Shown here: positions 29,053-39,560 of the stretch, one piece after another
Position numbering within the stretch: position 1 is the stretch's first letter
Layout: every line of letters starts with the position of its first letter
Assembly (NCBI GenBank): GCA_001792535.1
Contig: MGGS01000016.1
Location: 160-64,159 of the forward strand
DNA: 64,000 nucleotides
Reading direction: 5' to 3'
DNA from: Candidatus Woesebacteria bacterium RIFCSPHIGHO2_02_FULL_42_20
Lineage (GTDB): Bacteria; Patescibacteriota; Microgenomatia; UBA8517
The notes under the pieces: generated by a model
Told to the model about the DNA's origin: nothing
Databases searched by the model: none
Seen by the model: the letters and a program-made list of their open reading frames with translations, nothing else
Position numbers and translations under genes: made by a program

Positions 29053-29451
29053 TTAATCGTGGTGAATACCTGCCAAATGAAGTGCACCATGCTCCGCTAA
29101 CTCTAATACAACTTGTTCAACTAATTTCCCGCTTGTGTTTGCCGTTTCAACCGCCTTCGGATAACCAATAATTATCTCTCCCAGATAAAGATCATGTCCC
29201 GGCTGATAGATAAATGGCTGGTCAATTTCAGAGTCAGGAAAAGCCAAAACCGGGTGCTCTCCAGCAACTTGCTCGCTTTCACCTAAGTACGACATGGCCA
29301 GTTCCGCTATTTTTTTCCTGCCGACAAGTGCTACTTCAACCGTCGAATCGGACATTATCCCGTTTTTTTCGAGTACCAACTGGACAACGGCCTTTATTTT
29401 TGTTGCCTTAATCGGGTAGTTACTCTGTTTGTAGACATTGACTTTGATCAT
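29053..29451 (-). CDS. ybeY: rRNA maturation endoribonuclease YbeY
   Basis: HGALHLAGIHH. Confidence 0.85.
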   Translation of the reverse strand: MIKVNVYKQSNYPIKATKIKAVVQLVLEKNGIMSDSTVEVALVGRKKIAELAMSYLGESEQVAGEHPVLAFPDSEIDQPFIYQPGHDLYLGEIIIGYPKAVETANTSGKLVEQVVLELAEHGALHLAGIHHD

Positions 29452-29876
29452 CCAAGCTTACCTTTTACTACCCGGGCAACTTTAGCACCGTCTGCTCTTC
29501 CTTTTACCTTGGCCATTACAAGCCCCATAGTGCGTCCAAAGTCACCACCACTCTCGGCTACTGCGCTTGACACAATTTCTTCCAATTCCACCCCGGACAG
29601 TTCTTTGGGCAAATAGTCTTTTAATATTGCCAGTTCTTTTTTTTCTTTTGCTGACCGCGCTGCTTCACCGGCTTTGTCATAAATCTCAATAGCGTCTCTA
29701 CGCTTTTTGGCTTCTTTGTTTACGACAGCCAATTCTTCTTCCGTCGACAAAACGTGTTGCTTGGCAATTCTGTCGTAATTAAGAGCCGAGGAGAGCATGC
29801 GCAGAGTCGAAAGTCTAATTTCGTCTCTGGCCTTAAGTGCCTCAATAATCTGTTTTTGAATAGTGTCTGCGATCAT
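29448..29876 (-). CDS. GatB/YqeY domain protein
   Basis: ALKARD..RLSTLR...KKRRDAI...YLP...GRADG. Confidence 0.9.
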   Translation of the reverse strand: MIADTIQKQIIEALKARDEIRLSTLRMLSSALNYDRIAKQHVLSTEEELAVVNKEAKKRRDAIEIYDKAGEAARSAKEKKELAILKDYLPKELSGVELEEIVSSAVAESGGDFGRTMGLVMAKVKGRADGAKVARVVKGKLG

Positions 29877-30358
29877 CTTTTCCGATATCCACTTATTAAC
29901 CGTATTTTATCTCCTAGACTTTTTAACTCTTCATCTGGCGCCCTGTCGGCATCATGAGAGGATAAATACCCTGGATACTTTTTGAAAAAAACTTTTTTGG
30001 ATCTCTCGATTTTCTCCCACCATTTAAGCTCTGATGTCCCGTGCATAGGAAATAACTTTGAATGCAAGTGATCTACACCAAAACCTTCAAAAAACATTCC
30101 GCATCTTGATACATCATCAAAGGACTTATCCAAAATTTTTGCGACTTTTTTAGTTGCTACTACTAGATCCGATAGGATTTTGTCATTATTAGCAAACGCA
30201 TAGCTAGGATTGTGCATTTTGGTTGCAACTATAGTAAAGCCTTCTGTATTTGGAAAAATACTTAAGAAAGCAATGTGCTTTTTGTCCTCCCAAATCACTT
30301 CAGCAGGAAGTTCCCCTTTAACAATTTTACAAAAAACACAATCATCCATAACGAACAT
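29873..30358 (-). CDS. HIT family hydrolase
   Basis: DCVFCKI and HLH triad. Confidence 0.9.
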   Translation of the reverse strand: MFVMDDCVFCKIVKGELPAEVIWEDKKHIAFLSIFPNTEGFTIVATKMHNPSYAFANNDKILSDLVVATKKVAKILDKSFDDVSRCGMFFEGFGVDHLHSKLFPMHGTSELKWWEKIERSKKVFFKKYPGYLSSHDADRAPDEELKSLGDKIRLISGYRKR

Positions 30359-30426
30359 CAGTATAGTGATTTAAACATGTGAAATCAACGATTGAGAAAA
30401 AGGGTACTATAGGATACAATCACCCA

Positions 30427-31299
30427 ATGGAAAGAAGGTTTGGAAGGAGAGGCTTTAATAGGGTTTTTGGACTAGGAATACCACTCGCACTTGCTCTGGC
30501 TGCTTGTGATACACCTGACAAACCACCCTTACTTGAGCCAATTAATGTTCCTGGATCAGAGTTCGATTTCATCAGAGACTATTATCCCGAATTAGGCGAT
30601 AAACTAGTTACTCAGGCTTTTTCTTTCTCTCACGAGGGTGTTGGTAGTAGTGCTATAACTACAATTTACTCCTTTGCTGGCGATCGAGTAGTAGATCCTA
30701 ATACTGCAAAACGTACGTTCGAATATTTTTATTCGCTATCACAACCGCCACGTTTCGTAATTTTTGATAACCAAAGTTTCAATTTTACGTCGGAACTAAC
30801 CAGATTTGAAAAAGTAACAAATCATTACGTTGTAATTATTCCGAAAGGTTTTCCGCCACCAAAATGGGGTACTAATGACTTTTCGGCATACACTGGTCAT
30901 TTCGCTATTAATCATAATCAAGAACCAGTCTATACAGTCTCCGTCATTAAAACCGGAATAAGTACTAGTAACGATATTATGGGTTTAGCGGTTGAAGCCT
31001 GCAATGCGACGGTTCGTGTAAATAACCTCCGGGTAGATAAGTCTAACAACGGTTCCACTAATTTCGTGCTTCCAGACGGAACGGAAGTAGACGATGGATT
31101 AGCCGCCCAAGAAGTCATTTGTAATTCACTAGGTTTGGCATTTGCAAACAAACAACTTGGTTTTGCTTATCCGATCTATAGACTCGAGGGAGTACAACCA
31201 GCGTTGCACACTAGAAATCTCGGCTTTATGGTTGATGAAGAAATGTACGCAAGTATACCTCAAATTGGATCTGCTATATCTCAGATATCTAAACCATAA
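30427..31299 (+). CDS. Putative lipoprotein with RRxF signal
   Basis: MERRFGRRGF...LALAAC lipobox; TACAAT-6nt-ATG. Confidence 0.65.
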   Translation: MERRFGRRGFNRVFGLGIPLALALAACDTPDKPPLLEPINVPGSEFDFIRDYYPELGDKLVTQAFSFSHEGVGSSAITTIYSFAGDRVVDPNTAKRTFEYFYSLSQPPRFVIFDNQSFNFTSELTRFEKVTNHYVVIIPKGFPPPKWGTNDFSAYTGHFAINHNQEPVYTVSVIKTGISTSNDIMGLAVEACNATVRVNNLRVDKSNNGSTNFVLPDGTEVDDGLAAQEVICNSLGLAFANKQLGFAYPIYRLEGVQPALHTRNLGFMVDEEMYASIPQIGSAISQISKP

Positions 31300-31319
31300 T
31301 CAGTTTAGACCTTGACCAA

Positions 31320-32309
31320 CTAAATTAGCGATGTCACCGCTTTAGCAAGCTTGTCGGGATCGTGACGGACGACACTTCTGGTAAGTTTGTCCGACTCAAG
31401 CTTTTGGTAAAAGTGCTTTGACACTAAGTCTCTTCTTATAATTTTAAGTTTACCTGAATCAACTATATTATCTTCTACAGGACCCGTGTCTACCTGGCTG
31501 TACCAGTCAATAACATTCTTTGGGAAATCTGTTTTATTAATTAAACAGTAATCCATAACTTCTTTCCCCAGATACTTTTCCAACTCGCTTATGAAGTTTT
31601 TTGCTTTAAACCCAACAGTTTGCCCAAATCTGGTCATCAAATTCATAACAAAAACTTTTTTTGCCCTGGACTTTACAATTGCCTCTTTTATGCCGGCAAC
31701 AACGATGTTTGGCAGTAAACTTGTATATAAATCCCCCGGCCCCAAAACAAGAAGGTCGGCTGCTTTAATTACGGCAATTGCCTTTGGATTTACATAAGGA
31801 GCCGGAAAAAGCTCCAAATTCACAATGTGCTCTTTCCACAAGCTTTCGTGTGGATCGTCAATGTAATGCTCGCCCAATATTTGCCTTTTGTTGGTCTAGG
31901 TGGCAACTAAATTGGTTGTGTCAAAGGTAACCGGAAGCACTTTACCTTTGACGTCCAAAAGTTGGCACGTTTTATAAATCGCTTTTTCTTGAGAACCATA
32001 AATATCGGCCAGGGCCGCCATAAATAAATTACCAAAAGTCATTCCGGAAATCCCTGTACCGCTGACATACCTATAGCTGAAAAGTTTCCTAAGAATTTTA
32101 TCCGATTTACCAGAAGCCAAAGCAACTATACACTGTCTAATATCGGAAGTTGGAAGAAGTCCAAATTCATCTCGGATGACTCTGTTGCTGCCGCCCGAGT
32201 CCATCATGGAAACAATTACAGACAAATCTACAGGGTACTTTTTCAATCCGGACAAAACCACAAACGTTCCAGTACCGCCGCCAATCACCACAATCCTTTT
32301 TCTTTTCAT
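31320..32309 (-). pseudogene. yvcK: YvcK/GlmR (UPF0052) gene interrupted by one in-frame TAG at 31896-31898
   Basis: GGGTG and DSGGS in the 5' ORF; GPGDLYTS and RHDP in the 3' ORF, same frame. Confidence 0.85.
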
Positions 32310-32332
32310 ACCTTCCAGCCGCTGAAATTATA

Positions 32333-33556
32333 TCAAAGCAGTTTGCTTATCACCTTATCAAAAGTAAGAAGTGCGGCATTTCTTTTTGTTCTTTCCTTCC
32401 ACTCGATTTTGTCGCCGATTTTTTTGGAAACCGTCAGGCGGACAGGAATGCCGATCAGGTCTGCATCCGCAAACTTCTCTCCTGCCGATATGCGTCTGTC
32501 GTCATATAAAACCTCAACTTTTGCTTTGGTTAACTTCTCGTAGACCGATTGTGCATTTTTCTCCAGTTCAATTAAATGAACTTGAAATGGCGCGACCTGT
32601 GGTGGCCAAATAATTCCGACTTTGTCGTGGTTAACTTCCACTAAAGCTCCCATAACTCGTGTTGGTCCTATACCGTAACTCCCAAACCAAACAGGTTTTT
32701 TTGAACCCTCTTTGTCAGTAAAAAACACTCTCATCTTTTCAGCATACATTGTCCCTAGTGGAAAAATATTTCCCACTTCGATTGCTTTTGAGCTTTTGAT
32801 CTTTTCCTTTTTACACCTTGGGCAGAGATTATCTGCTTTACCGTTTTCGAATACTTCAAGATTTGCGCCCCAGGAACAGTCATCACAATAAAAAATTGTA
32901 TCCTCTCCGCCACTTGAGAGCACTTGGAATTCATGAGTATGTTTGTCGGTAAAGACTCCGCCTGAAGCTTCGGTTATCCTAAAGTCAAACCCAAGTCCGG
33001 TAAAAATATTAGTATAGGCGGATTTAACCACTTCGTAGTAGCGCATCAAATCTTTTTCACTTTCGTGAGCACTATACAAATCCTTCATCATGAATTCGCG
33101 GCCACGGAGAATTCCCGACCTTGCCCTAAGTTCATTTCTAAATTTCGTTGAAAAGTGGTAAACCGAAATAGGTAGGTCTTGATAACTTTTGATATTTTTT
33201 CGCAGTAAATCCATGACAATCTCTTCGTGAGTAAACGATAATACGTATTCTTTTCCTTCTTGGGACTTTAACTTATACATGATTTCGGAAGCCGTTTCCC
33301 ATCTGCCGGTTTCGTTCCAGATAGTTTTAGGGTGTAAAAGCGGCATAAGCATTTCTTGCCCACCAATAGCATCCATTTCCTTGCGGATAATATTATTAAT
33401 CTTTGTGACAACTCTCCAACCCAAGGGCAGAAGTGTCCAACTGCCGGACATCAGCTGATCTATAAAGCCGGCACGGACTAAGAGTTTATGGTTCACACTT
33501 TCCGCTTCTCTCGGCGCTTCTTTTCTTGTCTTTGGAAACAGCTTACTTTGAAGCAT
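32333..33556 (-). CDS. proS: Prolyl-tRNA synthetase (short form)
   Basis: FRNELR.R.G.LRGREF.MKD; GSYGIG. Confidence 0.95.
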   Translation of the reverse strand: MLQSKLFPKTRKEAPREAESVNHKLLVRAGFIDQLMSGSWTLLPLGWRVVTKINNIIRKEMDAIGGQEMLMPLLHPKTIWNETGRWETASEIMYKLKSQEGKEYVLSFTHEEIVMDLLRKNIKSYQDLPISVYHFSTKFRNELRARSGILRGREFMMKDLYSAHESEKDLMRYYEVVKSAYTNIFTGLGFDFRITEASGGVFTDKHTHEFQVLSSGGEDTIFYCDDCSWGANLEVFENGKADNLCPRCKKEKIKSSKAIEVGNIFPLGTMYAEKMRVFFTDKEGSKKPVWFGSYGIGPTRVMGALVEVNHDKVGIIWPPQVAPFQVHLIELEKNAQSVYEKLTKAKVEVLYDDRRISAGEKFADADLIGIPVRLTVSKKIGDKIEWKERTKRNAALLTFDKVISKLL

Positions 33557-33626
33557 GAGTCAAATATACCAAAGTTTTCGCTAAAAAACCATAGATCGGT
33601 AATTCGAATTGTTGTAAAATAACCTC

Positions 33627-35744
33627 ATGGGTGCATATTCTCCAGATATTTCAGCTTCACTTGAAAGGGGAATAATCCCAGAGGAACTACAACAGCCGGG
33701 CGATCTTAGTCCGCGGCTTACAAGAAAAATTGTATTCTCGGTCTCTAACCTGGCGCAGGAAATGGCTAAGTCCGGCATCGAAGAAGAAATTATTGGCAGC
33801 ATCAATTTTGGGAAACGAGTATTTGGAAAAGAAGGCTCAATGTACACAATATCTGCAGGCGAGTACTCTATTGCCGTTTTTAATTCTAAAGCCTCGAACA
33901 GCGACAAAGAAAGCCTTCGAGAGATTAGATTTCGAAAAAAAGACGATCCGAATGAAGTTTTCATTTCCTTTTCAGGAGATGACCCTAACTCAATTGGCAC
34001 CAAAGTAGAACTCTATGACGCCGAAAAAAATGAAAAAGAACCGGCCGACCAAGACATATTGGAACAAAAAGCTTACCAAATAGGCAGATTTTCCCAACGT
34101 TTAAGAACGGCAATCGAGTCGGGAGAAGACCCATGGTTAGCTTACAGCCCGAGCCGCCGTAATTTCCTTATGCTCAGCGCTGCTCTTGGTATACTAGAAC
34201 TCGCAAGCTTTGCCTGCTCAGGGCTGCAAATAAAAAGTCCTATAGAACCGGCCAGAGTAGCCAAAATAACAGCTGTTCCCCCGGCAGAAAAGGTCGAACC
34301 AACCGATAAAGAAACAGAAATACAAGAAAGGCTTTTAAGTGAAATTGTCGATTATCGAAACCAACTGGGGCTTGACGGTCTTCCTCCTGAATTAGAATGG
34401 CGCATGCAAACCGATGACCGGGAATTTAATTGGGAAGATGCCGAAAGCCGGCCCTTTGTCAACGACCTTCCTGAAACCATGGTCTCGTTTGGAATCCATG
34501 CGCAAGACATTGCCCAAACCGTGTTGGGTTTACGCGCAAAACACTTTGTTTGGGGATCGGAAGTAGATAAAGATTACCCACTATCGTTCGAATTCAATGT
34601 CGGAAGAAGAGTAATTCATTTACCAATAAACGTCTATAGGGACCATGTACTTAGAAGTACTACTGGCGTAATAACTCACGAGGCCGTCGGCCACGCTACA
34701 GAACCGGATGTGGCAGAAAATCCGGAAATGCCTAGAAAGACTTATCCACTGGATGTTCTTATACAAGTTGAGCACGGTAAATGGCGGGCAGTCTCACAAA
34801 TCCCCCACCTAAACAAAGACGCGATGTGGTACCCGGAAGGACTAATCATGCCTCATGTTGGGCGGGAGTTGGGCGAGCGAACTGGCAGAGCAATGTACGA
34901 CAACAATCACGACCTTTTAGCTTCCTACTTTGACCCAGAGAGTCTCGGCGTTGTTCAAAATGAAGTCGCTAAAGTAGCTGAGGCTCGGGGAGTCAGTACC
35001 GACAAGATTATTTGGACCAAAAAGGCCTGTAGGGAATTTGGCGCCAGATTGATAAAGCTAAAGCAACAAGGGGAAATACGTTTCAGCGGAGATCTGGATT
35101 CGCTTTACGACTACAATATAGGTATTTTGTATTCAAGAGAGGGTTACGCAGAGCTAATAGAATATAGCTTAAATTATCCTGAAAAAATTGCCAACAACGC
35201 AGAGGTTTTAGCCGGAATAACCGAAGTTCTGTCGGCAATTAGGGGCGAAGAGGTTGACTTAAGCAGTCTAAGGCAACAGATATCAACCCCCAACCAAGAA
35301 GCAGAAGCAGCATTTGAAAAAGAAAAACCTTTAAGGGTAGACGATATTGTGACGCCTGAAGAGAGGGCTGTAAACTTCGAAGAACAGTGGTATCAAAGTT
35401 TCCTAAAAGGGCAAATTAGAGAAGGTTTAACATTGAGCTCGGAACAAAGGACTTTGTTAGACCTCTGGGCAAAATCAGGTTATATAGTCTTTCAAAAATA
35501 CCCCAATCTTATTAACTCTGATGCTTCAGGCTACAATGTCGACTTCGACCCGGAGTGGATGCACATTTGGGAAACCAGAGACATTGAATTCGCCATTGCA
35601 AGGCCAATAATTGTAGATATTATGGGCGGGGCAGACAGGGTTAAACACCATTTTGACTGGATTAAAAAAGCCCTCGGCAATTTAGAAAAATTCACTTCCT
35701 CGCAGGAGTTTAAAGAAATACCTATTTCAACACAGAATCAATAA
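33627..35744 (+). CDS. Large hypothetical protein with internal SRRNFL-TM segment and HEAVGH motif
   Basis: 705-aa ORF after TAAAAT-6nt-ATG. Confidence 0.65.
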   Translation: MGAYSPDISASLERGIIPEELQQPGDLSPRLTRKIVFSVSNLAQEMAKSGIEEEIIGSINFGKRVFGKEGSMYTISAGEYSIAVFNSKASNSDKESLREIRFRKKDDPNEVFISFSGDDPNSIGTKVELYDAEKNEKEPADQDILEQKAYQIGRFSQRLRTAIESGEDPWLAYSPSRRNFLMLSAALGILELASFACSGLQIKSPIEPARVAKITAVPPAEKVEPTDKETEIQERLLSEIVDYRNQLGLDGLPPELEWRMQTDDREFNWEDAESRPFVNDLPETMVSFGIHAQDIAQTVLGLRAKHFVWGSEVDKDYPLSFEFNVGRRVIHLPINVYRDHVLRSTTGVITHEAVGHATEPDVAENPEMPRKTYPLDVLIQVEHGKWRAVSQIPHLNKDAMWYPEGLIMPHVGRELGERTGRAMYDNNHDLLASYFDPESLGVVQNEVAKVAEARGVSTDKIIWTKKACREFGARLIKLKQQGEIRFSGDLDSLYDYNIGILYSREGYAELIEYSLNYPEKIANNAEVLAGITEVLSAIRGEEVDLSSLRQQISTPNQEAEAAFEKEKPLRVDDIVTPEERAVNFEEQWYQSFLKGQIREGLTLSSEQRTLLDLWAKSGYIVFQKYPNLINSDASGYNVDFDPEWMHIWETRDIEFAIARPIIVDIMGGADRVKHHFDWIKKALGNLEKFTSSQEFKEIPISTQNQ

Positions 35745-36834
35745 AGCCCGATACTCCGCCGGCTGTAATCAGCCGGGAAATGTCGCGAGCCGTGATTGCG
35801 GCGATCAAAAGAAGAAGAATTACAAGACCCACGGCATGGACAACGGCTTCGACTCTGGGCAAAACCTTGCGGCCTAATAACCCCTCAAGGGCGATAAAAA
35901 GTAACCTTCCGCCGTCAAGTGCGGGAAAAGGAATAATATTAAAAATGGCCAGGTTAACCGACAAAATTCCCACGAAATTAACGAGAGCCACAAAGCCGAC
36001 TTTCGCAGCTTCACTGGTCACTATATATACGCCCACCGGGCCGGTTAAGTCGGTGGGTGCTTGCCCTGAGAGAAGCTGACCAATTATGTTAACTAAACCC
36101 ATGACAACCGCCTTTCCCCAAAATACGCTTTCTCTGGCACCATAATACACGCCGTAAACCACCCTTTCACCCAAAGGCGGGAAAAATACTTCCGTCTGGC
36201 TAATTACCACTCCCAATGGCCCTTCATTTTCCGGCGGGTTAACCCTAGGCGTCAAATACATAGTAATAGTATTAGTCTGCCTACCTTCCACTCTTTCAAT
36301 TTCAAACTTCACCCGCGTGCCTTTGTTTTCTTCAACAACACTAATGAACTGATCAACACTGATTATTTCCTGGCCGTTAGCGGACTTAAAAATGTCTTCG
36401 GGAATAAGACCGGCTGCCTGTGCCGGTGCGCCGGCAGTTACATCCAATACGCGGACATTTTTTGTTTCCCTCGGGATCCCTTGTGTCGAATAAACAATAG
36501 TGAAAGCCACAAGAGCCAAAACGAAATTCATTACAACGCCTGCGGTAACAATCGCTACCCGAACTTTTTTAGATTTTCCTAAAAAAGCCCTTTTAGGCTT
36601 TTGTAACTTGTCTTCGCCCGACTCGCCATGAAGCCTGACAAATCCGCCAAACGGGAGTAAATTGATCGAGTATAGCGTTTCACCAATTTTTTTCCCCCAC
36701 AAGCGCGGTGGCAAGCCGAATCCAAACTCCTCTACCCAAACTCCGCCAAGCCTGGCTACTATATAGTGGCCGAATTCATGGACCAAAACAAGAAGCGACA
36801 ATACTAAAATAAATACAAGAATAGATCCAAGCAT
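35722..36834 (-). CDS. rseP: RseP site-2 protease with PDZ domain
   Basis: HEFGH, NIIPFPALDGG. Confidence 0.93.
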   Translation of the reverse strand: MLGSILVFILVLSLLVLVHEFGHYIVARLGGVWVEEFGFGLPPRLWGKKIGETLYSINLLPFGGFVRLHGESGEDKLQKPKRAFLGKSKKVRVAIVTAGVVMNFVLALVAFTIVYSTQGIPRETKNVRVLDVTAGAPAQAAGLIPEDIFKSANGQEIISVDQFISVVEENKGTRVKFEIERVEGRQTNTITMYLTPRVNPPENEGPLGVVISQTEVFFPPLGERVVYGVYYGARESVFWGKAVVMGLVNIIGQLLSGQAPTDLTGPVGVYIVTSEAAKVGFVALVNFVGILSVNLAIFNIIPFPALDGGRLLFIALEGLLGRKVLPRVEAVVHAVGLVILLLLIAAITARDISRLITAGGVSGFIDSVLK

Positions 36835-36838
36835 ATAA

Positions 36839-37393
36839 TTATACAGTCAGAAGCTCCTGCTTCTTTTTTTCTCCCAACTGGTCAACCAGTTCAACAAATT
36901 TGTCGGTGAGTTCTTGCAACTTTTTTTCCTGGGCAAACTTTTCGTCCTCAGTCATCACTTTTGTCTCATACGCCTTTTTAAGCTCGTGCATAACGTCACC
37001 CCTGACTTGTCTGATCATTACCTTAGCGCTTTCTGTTTTGGACGACAAAAGCTTGACAAATTTTTCTCTGTCTTCCAAAGTCATCGCAGGTACACTAATT
37101 CTGATTATCTCGCCATCGACAGACGGATTAAGTCCTATATTAGCAACAAGAATTGCCTGTTTAATCTCACCTATAACAGACTTGTCCCAAGGGTCGACAA
37201 CAAGCGATTGTGAATCAGGAGCCAAAATGCTGGCCAATTCCAAAATCCTTAGTTTTTGAGTACCGCCATACGCCGAAACCAGAATATTTTCAATCAAAGA
37301 AGGTACTGCCCTGCCAGTCCTGATTGCTGAAATGTCGCGACGGGCGACGTCCACTACTTGCTGCATCCTGGAAGTAAGAGAAGATTCGTCCAT
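36839..37393 (-). CDS. frr: Ribosome recycling factor
   Basis: IRTGRA, YGG, PWDKS. Confidence 0.95.
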   Translation of the reverse strand: MDESSLTSRMQQVVDVARRDISAIRTGRAVPSLIENILVSAYGGTQKLRILELASILAPDSQSLVVDPWDKSVIGEIKQAILVANIGLNPSVDGEIIRISVPAMTLEDREKFVKLLSSKTESAKVMIRQVRGDVMHELKKAYETKVMTEDEKFAQEKKLQELTDKFVELVDQLGEKKKQELLTV

Positions 37394-37438
37394 TGACTAA
37401 ATAATACCAATAGTTACCAATAAATACCAATTTCGAAT

Positions 37439-37918
37439 TTATTTTTCTCCCAATTCCATCCTGAAGATTCGCCCCACCCGAACATTCTCGCCGGTTTTAG
37501 CAATAACTTCCTTGACCAAGTCCTGCACCTTTTTGGCAGAATCCTTAATAAAGTCTTGTTCGAGTAGTCTTTTCGTATCAGCAGGTTTCATTGAGGCCAC
37601 CTGCATTGCCAAGTTTTTGCCGAGCTGACTAAATAAATCATTCCTAGCGACAAAATCTGTTTCACACAAAAGCTCAACAGCTGAAACAATCTTACCCGAA
37701 TGATGGCTATATGTAGAAATTACTCCGGCACCAGTAGCCCGGCCTTCCCGCCTAATCGCTTTTTCAAAGCCTTCCTTTTTAAGCAATGCCAGTGCTCTTT
37801 GTTCACCTGCTTGCGCAGGCAAGTCCGCAAACTCTTCCAAAACCTTCTTAACACGGATAACCGGAGCGCCAGACTCGTCACGCAGTTTTTTTATTGTGTC
37901 AACGCTTATTTTCTTCAC
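37439..37918 (-). CDS. tsf: Elongation factor Ts (short form)
   Basis: IKKLR..SGA, ELLCETDFVA, KTGENV. Confidence 0.95.
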   Translation of the reverse strand: MKKISVDTIKKLRDESGAPVIRVKKVLEEFADLPAQAGEQRALALLKKEGFEKAIRREGRATGAGVISTYSHHSGKIVSAVELLCETDFVARNDLFSQLGKNLAMQVASMKPADTKRLLEQDFIKDSAKKVQDLVKEVIAKTGENVRVGRIFRMELGEK

Positions 37919-38658
37919 TTCTTCTTTTTGGTTTCCTTTTTAGTTTTGACAGCCTTTTTTGGCTTAACTTCTTTGGTTATTAGTTTGCCGGCAAGTGATT
38001 GCGCAACTAAAGACAAGACATATTCCACAGATTTTTTAGCGTCGTCGTTCATGGGAATTACATAGTCAATCATATCCGGATCGCTATTGGTGTCGACCAC
38101 ACCTACGACAGTGACTCCCATTTTCTTAGCTTCCTTGACCGCTCCGATCTCTTTATGGGTGTCAAGAATAAAAGCAACGTCTGGGATTCTATCCATGACA
38201 AGCAAGCCACCCAACATCCGCTCCATCTTTTCAATTTTGCGGTCGACCAGAAGTTTCTCTTTTTTGGTGTAATCGGAAAATTCGCCTTTCGACTTGCTGG
38301 CTTTAAGATCTCCAAGTTTTCTCAATGACTTGCCAATCTGGTTAAAATTAGTAAGCGTCCCTCCCAAAAACCTCTCGCAAACGTATGGAATTGATAAGGA
38401 CTCTCCAATTTCCCTGACCAGGTCTCTGGCTTGCCTTTTGGTCCCGACGATTAAAATTAGTTTACCTTCCTTTTTGCTCTTAGCTAAAAACTCCAACGCT
38501 TCTTCAAGTTTTGCTTTTGTTTTAATCAAGTCAAAGACGTGCACGCCACTCTCTTTACCATAAATATATGGGCGCATTTTCGGATTCCAGCGATGAATCT
38601 GGTGACCGTAGTGAGCACCGACCTCCAGTAACTTGTCTAAATCAACTTTTACTACCAT
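37915..38658 (-). CDS. rpsB: 30S ribosomal protein S2
   Basis: GAHYGH...WNPKM, GGTLTN, DTNSDP. Confidence 0.97.
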   Translation of the reverse strand: MVVKVDLDKLLEVGAHYGHQIHRWNPKMRPYIYGKESGVHVFDLIKTKAKLEEALEFLAKSKKEGKLILIVGTKRQARDLVREIGESLSIPYVCERFLGGTLTNFNQIGKSLRKLGDLKASKSKGEFSDYTKKEKLLVDRKIEKMERMLGGLLVMDRIPDVAFILDTHKEIGAVKEAKKMGVTVVGVVDTNSDPDMIDYVIPMNDDAKKSVEYVLSLVAQSLAGKLITKEVKPKKAVKTKKETKKKK

Positions 38659-38703
38659 TTGAAATTTTTTGCCCTCCTTAGTTCCGCCATCCGTCAGAAG
38701 TAA

Positions 38704-39543
38704 TCAGGAGGAGCCTGACAGATGTGTGTCCCGAGTAGTGTAGCAAGCTTCAACCAAATTCTCAAGTAGACAAACCACGGTAACCGGCCCCACTCCTCCC
38801 GGAACTGGCGTGATAAACTTCACCCTCCGGGCAACTTCGGGGTCGACATCACCCCTGGGCGAACCGACATCAATAATAACCACGTCCTCTTTAACCATAT
38901 CCTTCTTGATTAAACCAGGCTTTCCAGCCGCACTTATCAATATATCTGCATTTTGGGTAACTTGGCCCATATTCTTTGTTTCTGAATTACACCCTCTTAC
39001 CTCATATCTCATACCTACTAACTCTGTTATTAGTGGTCTTCCCACCATTCCCCTGTCACCGATAACGACAAATTTTTTACCTTTCAAATCTATTTTCAAG
39101 ACTTTTTCCGCATAATCCAAAATTGTCAAAACAGCTTTTACTGTCGCACTTGTATACGGACTTTTTTCGGTCAGACCATCAACGTCTTTTTTAGGGTTAA
39201 TAGCTCCAATAATCTTTACCCAGTTATAACTAATTACGTCTTCTTTATGGGAAGGATGCTGTACCATCAATCCGTAGATTTTGGGATCGGTATTAAAGCT
39301 TTTGACGATTTTAATTATTTTGGCTATTTCTTTTTCGGCAACAGCAACAGCAAAAAATTTAGCGCCAATTTCCTCAGCTGCCTTTACTTTAATCCTGGTG
39401 TATAAAACACTTCCCGGATCCCTATCAGAATATATACTTACCAGCGCCGGAGTAACTCCATGCTTAAGAAGATTATCTACTTTACTTCTTAACAATTTTT
39501 TCTTACTTTCCGCAAAAACTCTACCGTCGAAGATTATCACCAT
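38704..39543 (-). CDS. folD: Methylenetetrahydrofolate dehydrogenase/cyclohydrolase
   Basis: KDVDG, TPVPGGVGPVT. Confidence 0.93.
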   Translation of the reverse strand: MVIIFDGRVFAESKKKLLRSKVDNLLKHGVTPALVSIYSDRDPGSVLYTRIKVKAAEEIGAKFFAVAVAEKEIAKIIKIVKSFNTDPKIYGLMVQHPSHKEDVISYNWVKIIGAINPKKDVDGLTEKSPYTSATVKAVLTILDYAEKVLKIDLKGKKFVVIGDRGMVGRPLITELVGMRYEVRGCNSETKNMGQVTQNADILISAAGKPGLIKKDMVKEDVVIIDVGSPRGDVDPEVARRVKFITPVPGGVGPVTVVCLLENLVEACYTTRDTHLSGSS

Positions 39544-39560
39544 GAAGTAATTGTAGTCTT

